Assembly (NCBI GenBank): GCA_965153355.1
Contig: OZ231126.1
Location: 15,810,001-15,874,000 of the forward strand
Reading direction: 5' to 3'
DNA from: Flaccisagitta enflata
Taxonomy: Eukaryota
DNA length: 64,000 nucleotides
In this document: positions 1 to 10,600 of the stretch, piece by piece
Position numbering within the stretch: position 1 is the stretch's first letter
Layout of the letters: each line of letters opens with the position of its first letter
Made by a program: the position numbers and the translations under genes
Notes under the pieces: generated by a model
Seen by the model: the letters and a program-made list of their open reading frames with translations, nothing else
Told to the model about the DNA's origin: nothing
Databases searched by the model: none

Positions 1-252
1 GTATAACCACCAATTAGGGAAACTCTTCGTAAATCTTTAAAGGCTATGCATTTATTTCCCATCTTTATTCCCAATTTGTATCCATTTCCAAAACGTTGTA
101 AAGTGTTTTGTTGCGCCGTGTTTTAGTGCATAAATATTCAGTTGTCAGCCTTGCTCTCATGCATACAGACCGTGAATTCATTTAGCCCCATCAACGAATA
201 CTTTTCTCGCTGCACTTCAAAGATTTATTCTTTAAACTTGTTATATCTTCAG

Positions 253-1612
253 CTCTTTCAACACCAACACTGAATACACTTCCATAACCGATCAAATCGA
301 TACGGCCTGTATTGTCTCTGAATTTGATCCAGATTCTAATCAGGTAAATATACGACGTATGCCTTATTGCAGTGATGTAGTTTAGCAGTTATTTACCACT
401 TATAGCTAAATCTATGGGTACGCTCTTTTGACCAAGTTTACACAATTTTGGATTAGTCCTCTATTTTTTGACTCACTAGAAGATAAGTTGGACAATTTAC
501 ATGAAGATTTAGTCTATCCATTAACAAAAATTGATTGAGCCTCATTACTTGTAATCGTTTTCAATTCCCATTAACAAACTAACCTGTTTCTTCGTCGTAG
601 ATGTCCGCCTTAATACTTGATTATTCGACGGACATTCAACATTATTCGGCCAAAGCTAATCCTCAGGTAGATCATTTCGCTGCTTGCCCCATGTAAAAAA
701 CAAGTGACACGGGGTTACAATATCGTTGCGGACGGATGGGCAGGGGCATTCATCCCCATCCACACCACAACCCACCCCCAACACTCAAACATACAAAAAG
801 TATCGAAAACGCTCCTCTTCCCAATTTTCAATTCGATCACCATGACGGACGGACGGACGGACGGACGGACAAAGCCTCTTATAGAGTTGCGTGTCCGCAA
901 CTAAAGATGAAAACGGATTGTCGAATTCTCGGCAACAGTTGAAACTTTAACCTATTTGAACCTCTGAAAAAGTCTTCGTTCATGTGATCGCTTGGCTTAC
1001 AGGATAAATTCAAGGAAGAGGAAGTGAACAAGTTGGTACAAATAGAAGAACAGGAGCAAGCTGTCATGGCAAAAGTCCTGATCAAACGAGCCCAGCGTCA
1101 AAGGTCAGTCATGGTTAATGTATCAGCACGCTAAATTTGTTTCGACGGCTGTTTTGGTTACCCCAGCATAAGCTCAGTCGGGTTTGAATTGTGTTTTGAA
1201 TCGTGTATTTTCCATCAGTTCCATGGAAGAAGACCAAATCTCTCCCGCGGGAAGCTTCAACGAATTTTGCGAGGAAGAAAGCGTGATGGAGTCGTGGTGT
1301 GGCGAAGGTGGCGGCACCACTGGCGCAGAGGGCGGCGGCGGAGGCGGCGGCGTGACGGATCCGGAAGAGAGCGACGTCAACGTCGACGAAATCGACGTCG
1401 ACATGGTTCCCAAGGCGAAGGCCACAGCGCCAACAACGACGGGTTCGAAAAATGACTGTCCCGCCGATACTGTAAACGACGTTGCCGGCCACCCACCGGG
1501 AGCTGCAACTCAAAAGTCACACCTTACCGATAAACGGCCCGAAGATACTGTGGTTTTAGTACCCTCGGAGTGCGGAAGCTCTCAGAGTAGTGTTGAAAAG
1601 AAGGCCATTTGA
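253..1612 (+). CDS. 3' exons of an unidentified protein-coding gene that starts upstream of the window
   Basis: Four AG/GT-bounded segments join in phase without stops: 253-343, 601-666, 1003-1103, 1219-1612 (..SFNTNTEYTSITDQIDTACIVSEFDPDSNQ/MSALILDYSTDIQHYSAKANPQ/DKFKEEEVNKLVQIEEQEQAVMAKVLIKRAQRQ/SSMEEDQISP...KKAI*). No family recognised. Confidence 0.65.
696..906 (+). mobile_element. Short interspersed repeat (family F, HINE/DINE-like) with (GGAC)n and 3' hairpin
   Basis: aacaag..gggcagggg..(ggac)n..agagttgcgtgtccgcaactaaa. Related copies at about 10608-10757(-), 16450-16510, 25813-25960, 37555-37742, 38950-39770 and 44910-45082. Confidence 0.6.
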
Positions 1613-2492
1613 TCTAGTATCATCTGTTAACATATCTTGTCAAAGCATGGCATGCGTAATAAGCGTTGTAGTATACTGCCAGAAGGCTCAATGAGATGAA
1701 ATTTTTATTGTAGTAGGCAGAAGGTAAGGCCGTACATACTTACCTGCGGCCTGCTTCAGTAAAGATTTCATCATCTTAGGTCAGCTAGAAGTTTGCTTTT
1801 CATGCCATTCATACTTGCTGGTTTTTGACAAAAATATGTTAACAGGTGTTAGTATTGGAGACTCAATCTTTTTTGTGATTGTGAACAACTGAACATTTTA
1901 CGAAGATCATGGAAATTACGAAGGGTGGCTTCGTTGGTTGTGGAAACAAACTGTCATTGGGAACTGGAACAGTCGCTTTGGTTCTTAAACCTCTTACTCG
2001 GTGCTTCTCATTTGTTCACTAGAATATTGTTGATTTATACCAATTATTCAATCCCTCGCTATTTACGCGTGAATTTGTTGACCCTTCTTCCTCGGCATTC
2101 TCGTTTCTCTTTTGAGACGATTTTCGTACGCAGCATTGCTAATTCTTCTGAATTGCTTACCACTAACAAGTTTTTTATGTATTTCTTTGTTCTCCGTTTG
2201 TGATCCGATCCAGCTTCTTAGCTTTACTTACCCGCTATGGAACATTATAGTGTACCTTTATTGTACATTCGTAATGTATGTGTTCAGCTACTCATTTTTA
2301 CAGATCTCTTAGTATATTCAATTATTTTTTACCCTTTTTGAGAGTTTCTCATGTATCCTTCGGCGTCTTTTACAGTAAAATCACAAATCAAAATATTGTT
2401 ATCAGCGGTTTGGTCTCATGGCAGTGTTTAAAGGTATAGGCGCCCCAGATTTTCAGCATTTCATTAACATATTTAATCGTATTTATGATAAT

Positions 2493-3114
2493 AGGGTCCA
2501 GAAATGTATAAAAAGCGGAATCTAATTCAATCCATTTGTCACCAGACCAATTTTAAGGTGGGGAACCAGCTCAGACCACTAAAAAAATTCTCAGGTCAAG
2601 ATTTGGGGCGCTACCGCTCCCTACCTCAGGTCAAAAGGCTATATAAGGTCAAAATTTCAAATTGGGAAATTTGAAAATCTGATTGCAGATTCAAAATCCT
2701 TGCAAAAAAGTACTAAAATAAAGTGTTTTTCTTTTCTTGATATTCCAACCAGAACATGGTGTTATTTAACTTCAAAGGTCATATTTGGGTTAAAATTGCT
2801 CTTTTGTTTAAAAATTGGTTTCATTCAATGTTTGATGATAATTTTGACTGTGTTTTAGATGGAATATCAAAAAAAGAAAGACACTTTCTTTTGATACTTT
2901 TTTGCAAAAATTCTGAATCTGCAATCAGATTTTTAAATTTCTCAATTTGAAATTTTGACCTTATATAGCCTTTAGACCTGAGATAGGTAGCGGTAGCGCC
3001 CCAAGTCGTGACCTGAGAATCTTTTTAGTGGTCTGAGCTGATTCCCCACCTTAAAATTGGTCTTGTGACAAATGGATTGAATTAGATTCCGCTTTTTATA
3101 CATTTCTGAACTCT
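2493..3114. mobile_element. Foldback/MITE with long imperfect inverted arms
   Basis: 2493-~2750 (agggtccagaaatgtataaaaagcggaatctaattcaatcc...) is the reverse complement of ~2855-3114 (...ggattgaattagattccgctttttatacatttctgaactct). Confidence 0.8.
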
Positions 3115-4514
3115 TTTAGTATTTATGACCTTGACAAATGACGTGTTGAAATATGATGATTTGATGACTGAGTCTGCATCTGTGCATCTTGCCTTTTTCT
3201 TTTCGGTTGCTTCCCGAGTCATTCTAGATTTAAGTTCTTTATAACCACATCCATACAGCCTGTGGTAGTGCTTTGATAGATAAGAAATTGCCGTAAATTA
3301 TTTTCCTGTTGGTCCCCTGAACCTAAAATTACCAGATATTGACCCGTTTACCATACTTAACAGTGCGACCAGACTAAGCTTTCACGCTGATTTGCTGTTG
3401 GCAGATTATCAAAAGGTCGAAACACTTTTGCAGAAGAGGTTTTCTTACCTAATAACAGTTTTAGGACGGAACTATGAAGAAAGTCTGATGCCGGATGGGT
3501 TTGTTTGGAAGGGACCTTGATAACGATCACTGATACATGTCAACTACCTAGAACGTACCTTTGTAGTTGTGTTTTCGTATTGCCTGAATGACCACCCCGA
3601 TCGTCGAAGGGATTTTCTATGAAAGGACCTTTGATGGTATTCCCGTCGTTAAATTATAATTATTAATTTTTCTTCCAAATGTATTGTTTGACCTTAATTT
3701 CTTCCGAGATCAGAAACACAAAGAGATAGGCCAGAGCCGATTTTGGTCCTCGTGAAACGATGAAAATTATGATGATGACTCTCGTGGTTAATTCGGACGA
3801 TCTTAGTCGGCGATGATGTATTTACTGAACTTGGGAATAGCAATTCTAGGTAGGACCTCTGCAGCTCTGCGTTGTTAAGGCGATTAGGATTCTATACCGA
3901 TAGTGTGCCGAACTGCCGATTGTCCGTTTGGCTCGATTTAACAATAGCTGTCTTATTTTTGAGCAGTGGGAGCAGTGGGGAATGGGCAGTGGGCAGTGGG
4001 GAGTGGGCAGTGGGGAGTGGGCAGTGGAAAGTGGGCACTGGGCAGTGGTAAATGAAAGTAATGAATGGGCAAGAAGAAGAGGGGAATAAGGAATGTGTGA
4101 TAGATCGGTTTAGTTAACCATGTACCCCAAGCAAAAAGTTGATTTACTTTGTGAGACATAACTACGACATACCTGATTTTTTTTTTTCCATTCATGGTGG
4201 GATTAACCGACACCATGATGTTTTTTTCGAGTAACCTTGAAACGGGAAGCTACCTTGAAACGGAAACAGAACTCTCGCCAATTGAACGAAGGAGAGATTT
4301 GAGGGAGAAGTCGCTGTAATCGATTCGAGTTAACTGAATGCAGCGGCGGGGTGATGCGCGAAGCTGCAGCGATGCATGAGGCTGCGGCGATGAAAGATGA
4401 AGTGATTCAGAGCGATGGGATAGGCACCAATGAAAGTTCAGTTTCATATCCTGAATAAAAAATTTAAAAATAGGAAAATCTGAAAACATCAGTACAATGC
4501 AATCACGTGCTCAC

Positions 4515-5455
4515 AACCTATCCTCAACCCTGAACTTAACCTCAACCTAAACTCAACCCTAAACCTAATCTCAACCCTAAACCTAACCTCAACCCTAAAC
4601 CTAACCTCAACCCTAAACCTAAACCTAACCTCAACCCTAAACCTAACCTCAACCCTAAACTTAACCTCAACCCTAAACCTAACCTCAACCCTAAACCTAA
4701 CCTCAACCCTAAACCTAACCTCAACCCTAAACCTAACCTCAACCCTAAACCTAACCTCAACCCTAAACCTTACCTCAACCCTAAACCTAACCTCAACCCT
4801 AAACCTAACCTCAACCCTAAACTTAACCTCAACCCTAACCTCAACCCTAAACCTATCCACCACATACTCCTTACTTCCCTCTCCCTCTTGCCCTCTCACT
4901 TTCACTTACGTTGCCTAGTGCCACTCCTCGCTACCCGTTATTTCCACTGCCCACTGCACATATCCACTGCCCTGTCCAAAAGCCCTAAAGCGTAACCTCA
5001 GCCTAAACCTAACCTCAACCTAAACTATCCTCAACCTAAACCTAAACTCAACCTAAACCTAACCTCATATCAGCCTAACTCAACCTTAAACCTAACCTCA
5101 ACCTTAAACCTAACCTCAGCCTAAGCCTGACCTCACCTAACCTGACCTCCACCCTAACCTGACCTTCAACCTAACCTGACCTCAGCCTAACCACAACCTC
5201 AACTCTAACCCTAAAGCTAACCTAAACCCTAAACCTAACCTCAACCCTAAACCTAACCTTAACCCTAAACCTGACCTCAACCCTAAACCTGACCTCAACC
5301 CTAAACTTGACCTCAACCTTAAACCAAACCTCAATCCTAAACCTAACCTCAACCCTAAACCTAACCTCAACCCTAAACCTAACCTCAGCCCTAAACCTAA
5401 CCTCAACCCTAAACCTAACCTCAACCCTAAACCTAACCTCAACCCTAAACCTATC
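4515..5455. repeat. 18-bp telomere-like minisatellite (AACCCTAAACCTAACCTC)n, two blocks; third block at ~5975-6180
   Basis: Direct tandem unit is visible. It explains the RVEVRF/LGLRLG pseudo-ORFs. Confidence 0.95.
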
Positions 5456-5504
5456 CACCACACACTCCTTCCTCCCCTCTCCCACTCCCTACTTTCTCTT
5501 ACCA

Positions 5505-5970
5505 TTGCCCACTACCCATTCCCCACTGCCCACTCCCCACTATCCACTGCCCACTATCCACTGCCCACTATCCACTGCCCACTATCCACTGTCAACGTCC
5601 CACTATCCACTGCCAACGTCCCACTATCCACTGCCAACGTCCCACTATCCACTGCCAACTCCCCACTATCCACTGCCAACTCCCCACTATCCACTGCCAA
5701 CTCCCCACTATCCACTGCCAACTCCCCACTATCCACTGCCAACTCCCCACTATCCACTGCCAACTCCCCACTATCCACTGCCAACTCCCCACTATCCACT
5801 GCCAACTCCCCACTATCCACTGCCAACTGCACTATCCTGCCAACCTCCCCACTAAAACTGCCAACTCCCCTATCCCTGCCAACTCAAACTATCCACTGCC
5901 AACTCCCCACTATCCACTGCCAACCCCCTAACCTGCCAACTCCCCACTATCCTCCAACTCCTAACTATCC
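5505..5970. repeat. 21-bp minisatellite (CCACTATCCACTGCCAACTCC)n
   Basis: Tandem copies are visible directly. Confidence 0.9.
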
Positions 5971-6434
5971 ACTTCAACCCTAAACCTAACCTCAACCCTA
6001 AACCTAACCTCAACCCTAAACCTGACCTCAACCCTAAACCTGACCTCAACCATAAACCTGACCTCAACCGTAAACCAAACCTCAACCTTAAACCAAACCT
6101 CAATCTTAAACTTAACCTCAACCCTAAACCTAACCTCAGCCCTAAACCTAACCTCAACCCTAAACCTAACCTCAACCCCAAATCCCTATCTTTTACCTAT
6201 TTCCACGGTGATGCGAAGATGAGATGGGAAAAGAAGTTGGAAAGATGCTAAGATGGGATGCGAAGAGAATAGCGAGGTCCAAATATTAAGATGAGACTGC
6301 AGGCGAAATCGTCATTGAAGCGGCGCAAAAAGGAGCTCGAAGAGGATTGTAAAACCTGGACTAAGATGTTATCAGCTATATTCCTAATTTCCTGCAACTA
6401 AAATTGGGATATTAGCAGGTAGTTAGGAGTAGCG

Positions 6435-7150
6435 AGTAGTGGCAAGTGGTATGGGGAGTTGGCAGTGGAGAGTGGGGAGTGGCAAGTGGGGAGTGGCAAT
6501 TGGGGAGTGGAGAATGGGGAGTGGCAAGTGGGGAGTGGCAAGTGGGGAGTGGCAAATGAGGAGTGGCAAATGGGTAGTGGCGAGTGGATTTCCTTTGAGT
6601 ATAATCAAATCCTCTAAACACATCAAACTAACCACAGTTAAGACCATCAAGGTGAAATAAAACCATCAAATGATAATCAATATGACAATATAAATACAGC
6701 TATGAAATTTAGACAACAAGAATAGTAAGAATAACTGGAATTCAAACTAATGAAAAGATAACGTTTTAAATTATAAACGCATTGACTGTCTGCAATATGC
6801 AAATGAGATTCTGGCGAATCTCCTTTGCTAACTGGTTCTACTCTGCCACAGCAAGTGGGGAGTAGGGAGTGGCAAGTAAGGAGTGGCAAGTGGGGAGTAG
6901 GGAGTGGCAAGTAGGGAGTGGCAAGTAGGGAGTGGCAAGTAGGGAGTGGCAAGTGGGGAATGGCAAGTGGGGAGTGGCAAGTGGGGAGTGGCAAGTAGGG
7001 AGTGGCAAGTGGGGAGTGGCAAGTGGGGAGTGGCAAGTGGGGAGTGGCAAGTGGGGAGTGGCAAGTGGGGAGTGGCAAGTGGGGAGTGGCAAGTGGGGAG
7101 TGGGGAGTGGCGAGTGGGGAATGGCAAGTGGAATGGGACCAGTGGGCAGT
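6435..7150. repeat. 14-bp G-rich minisatellite (GGGGAGTGGCAAGT)n, blocks ~6435-6580 and ~6850-7135
   Basis: Tandem copies are visible directly. Confidence 0.9.
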
Positions 7151-7609
7151 GGTGAAATTAACAGTAGCAACAGTAAACTTTATATAGTATCAGACTCCAC
7201 TGCCCACTCCCCACTTGCCACTCCTGCCACTGATTAAGAATAAGACAGCTATCCTTTACTTTACCCGTCCGGGCTATGATGGCTATTATGGCAATGAATA
7301 GGCTCGCGCATATTTCGGCGATGTCGGCGGGAAGAATCGGGAGTGAGGATGACGATGAAAATTATCGATGACGTTACCGATGATTGCGGCGATTTATTTA
7401 CGCTCGCTCTCACTTTTGAGAATCATGGTCAATGAGCCTAGCTCGAATTGAAAAGATGTTTCATCGCTGCCGCCTTGGTTACTCGTAGCTGTATCATGCA
7501 TGTGGGAGTGAAAGAAAGGTGAAGCCACAAATGGTTTCATGAGCATTTTTAATAGGTTTGGTAGGTTCAATAGCTTTGATTTAAATTAGTTCCTCTTATG
7601 ACTGTTTAG

Positions 7610-10600
7610 TGATTATTCGCGTGTCGTCCGTGGAGGATAATGGTCTTGCTCAAACCGGAAATGCTAACGGGACCGGTATTCCGGTTCTCCCCGATGGCGC
7701 GCCTTCAGTCACGCCGACTAAGGCGGCCAGTGGGCTTTCAACCACCATTCGTCACAACTCTCTCGAGACTAAATCTGTAGTCACTGGCAAGTCTAGTGCG
7801 GAAATATCCTCCACGAAGCCTTCGGTTGGGACGACAACTGGGGCAACGACGGCGCCATCAACGGCTGGAGCGACAACAACAACAACAACAACATCACCTA
7901 CCACCACAACTACGGTGGTCTTGAAACCAGTCGGAAACATCGAAGGAATTGTCTTGGGGCCGGCTGAAACGAAAGTCGAGAAGCAAAATGACGCCGTGGT
8001 CGATGCCATCGAAAATGTCGACACTGGGGGAGCCGTCGTCGATCTTGGCTCTCCAGGCAACCAACAATCGGGCGACGCGACGAATGAGTAAGTTGATAGA
8101 GGTTCTAAGTCGATTTAAATCATTTTGTCTTTCCGATTGTTTGACTAGTCTGGACTAAGCGTACGTTATTTGTCACCAATCTTGCTCGCTGGATTCTGAA
8201 TTAGTATCTGTGATTTTCATTGTGTAGGAATCCTCCTCTCGAAGCAAACGCAACCGTTACCAATGATACTTCGCCTAACAAAAACGACTCTCTTTCTGAT
8301 GCGCCTCCCTCCACTTCTTTGGCTCCATCAACTCTCCCAAAGGAAGAAGCCCCACTTCCGGCCAAAGGCGCCGCTCAAGAGGAAAAACAATCGTCAATGA
8401 CCATCTTTTTCATTCTTATTGTTCTAGGTGAGCAAAAAGCAAAGTACAGAGGAAGGAGAAATATAAGATGTGAACCCCCCTAAAACTGTAGCACCCCCTC
8501 TTACAGCTCAAACTATAGCAGTAAATGATAAATTTAACATTGCTAATTAAAGCTTATGACTATACAAGTGGCGCCACCAGAGCGATTTTGGAATTTCCAT
8601 TCCAATCTCAAATTATAATAGAAAAACCTTGATTTTTTGAATTTTTAATAATAGTTAATTTCAATACTTTATTAAGCTATATTTTGATTTAAAAAACAAA
8701 AATGAAAAAATCGCTCTGGTGACGTTACTTGTATTCATATAACCATTTTTCCTCTACCTTTAGAATGTCTATGATCTAATTGGTTAAAGCTGTAGAGGGG
8801 GTGCTACTGTTTTCAGGGGGTTCACACCTTATATTAACCTTCTCTCTGTAAGTTTTCTAATCCTGATATGATAGTGATGTAGCTTTACAATTTCGCATTA
8901 TGTATATTTCTTTACTTTTCTTCCCTCAGCTTTGTGTATTCTAGTCGTTCATCTCCTGCTCATTACGCGATTTCATTATTTGCCTGAGAGTATTGCCATC
9001 GTTTTTCTTGGAGGACTGATAGGTAAGGTTAAGAGAGGGGTTATTTTAGATATAAAGATATTTTCTATTCTTTGGCTTGGCTTACCTCGGTCTCAAATTC
9101 TAAATCACTATCTTTTCACTTATTCTCAGGTGCGTTGTTATCTGTACTTTCAAAGAACTACAGTTGGAAAAAGGAAGAAGCTTTTTCTCCAACAACTTTT
9201 TTCCTGCTTATCCTTCCGCCAATTATCTTTGAAAGTGGATACAATCTGCATAAAGGAAACTTTTTCCAAAATTTGGGGTCTATCATGATCTTCGCTATAT
9301 TCGGAACTTTTCTCTCTGCTATTGTCATCGGTAAGTAATTGACACGGTTGATGCGTGTGATGATGAAAGTGGGTGTATAATGTTCTATAAATACCCAATA
9401 GGGGAGAAAAGATATGATTTTCCACACAACTATTTTCCATGCCGTTAAAGCATCTACATCAATACGGTACAGTTGCGTAACGAGCGAAATTAAAGGGTTC
9501 TCTTGGAATGTAGTTGAGAAAAGGAAAATATCCTCAAAAAAAAAAAAAACGATAACAAAGACAAAACAAAAAACAAATCTAAACTTATGATTTATGTAGA
9601 TGTAAAGAGGTTTCCAAAATATCACGAGTACAAGTTCTCGCATCTGGCATGTTCAATCACTATCATATTGGTACAGTCAATCATTTCTTGATCGCAAGCA
9701 GGACCCCGTCGGCCATGTTGAGAAGAAGAGATTCAACCCGCTCGTCTTTGGCGACCAGGTCATTGAGTTTCCGTATGGTGACGGTGTCTGCATCTTGGAC
9801 GCTGTCGAGAAGTATTTTGCCAGACCAGATGGTATTGTCAACCGCAATGATCCCACCAGGACGTAAAAGCTGGAAATAGGATTAGACTTATGATCATGTC
9901 GCGGCTGCGTCTTCGATCAACGTTGTATCTACAGTGCTGCTCCCAAACAAAAAATAAGACCATTCTGCATTTATCAGGTTGTTCAAGCTGCCTTTATTTA
10001 GGAGTCACTCTTTCTTAATTGATGCATCTTTGTCCTAGAAGTGTCCTAGAAGCTTAGATTCATACCTGTAGGCACGTTTCGTAGTAGTTGATATAATTCC
10101 CTTTGTCGGCGTCGATGAAGGCGAAGTCGAACGTGCCCTGTTCTGTGGCCAGGAGTGAATTGAGAGTGTCCATTGCTGGAGCAATGCGCAGGTCGATTTT
10201 GTGGGTAACGCCTGCCTCCTCCCAAAATGGTTTACCTGGAAATGGGATTAGGCAAATTGTGTCACATTGAGCGAGATGAACGACTAGCCAAAGCTTTATT
10301 TCCAGTTCATTCGGTTTGTTCCAATCCCTCACCGATGCTAGCGTATTCATCGGAAACATCGCACGCCACAACTCTTCCATCCGCCGGCAACGCGAGGGCT
10401 ATGGTCAGCGCCGAGTATCCGGTGAAGACGCCAATATCCAGCGTTTTCTTGGCGCTAATCAGCTTGCAAAACATGGCGAGAAGGTGTAATTCGTCTTGTG
10501 ACCCCAGCATCATAGATCTCCTGATAGTGAGAAAGGAGCGAGATTGATCATCTGCATATGAAAGAATAGCCAAACAAGACTTCACGCAAAGTCATAGGGA

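Larger units (their letters stand above)
3947..7249. mobile_element. TIR-bounded non-autonomous element filled with minisatellites
   Basis: Left end TA|gctgtcttatttttgagcagtgg and right end ccactgattaagaataagacagc|TA form an imperfect TIR of about 23 bp with TA flanks. Confidence 0.6.

Noticed and set aside
4515-6180. True telomere or chromosome end
   Set aside because: The unit is an 18-mer rather than a pure 5-7-mer, and it is internal and enclosed by TIRs.
4489-7237. Many ORFs of 60-180 aa (RVEVRF, LGLRLG, PHYPLPT, GSGKW repeats)
   Set aside because: They are translations of stop-free minisatellites, with no splice or composition support.
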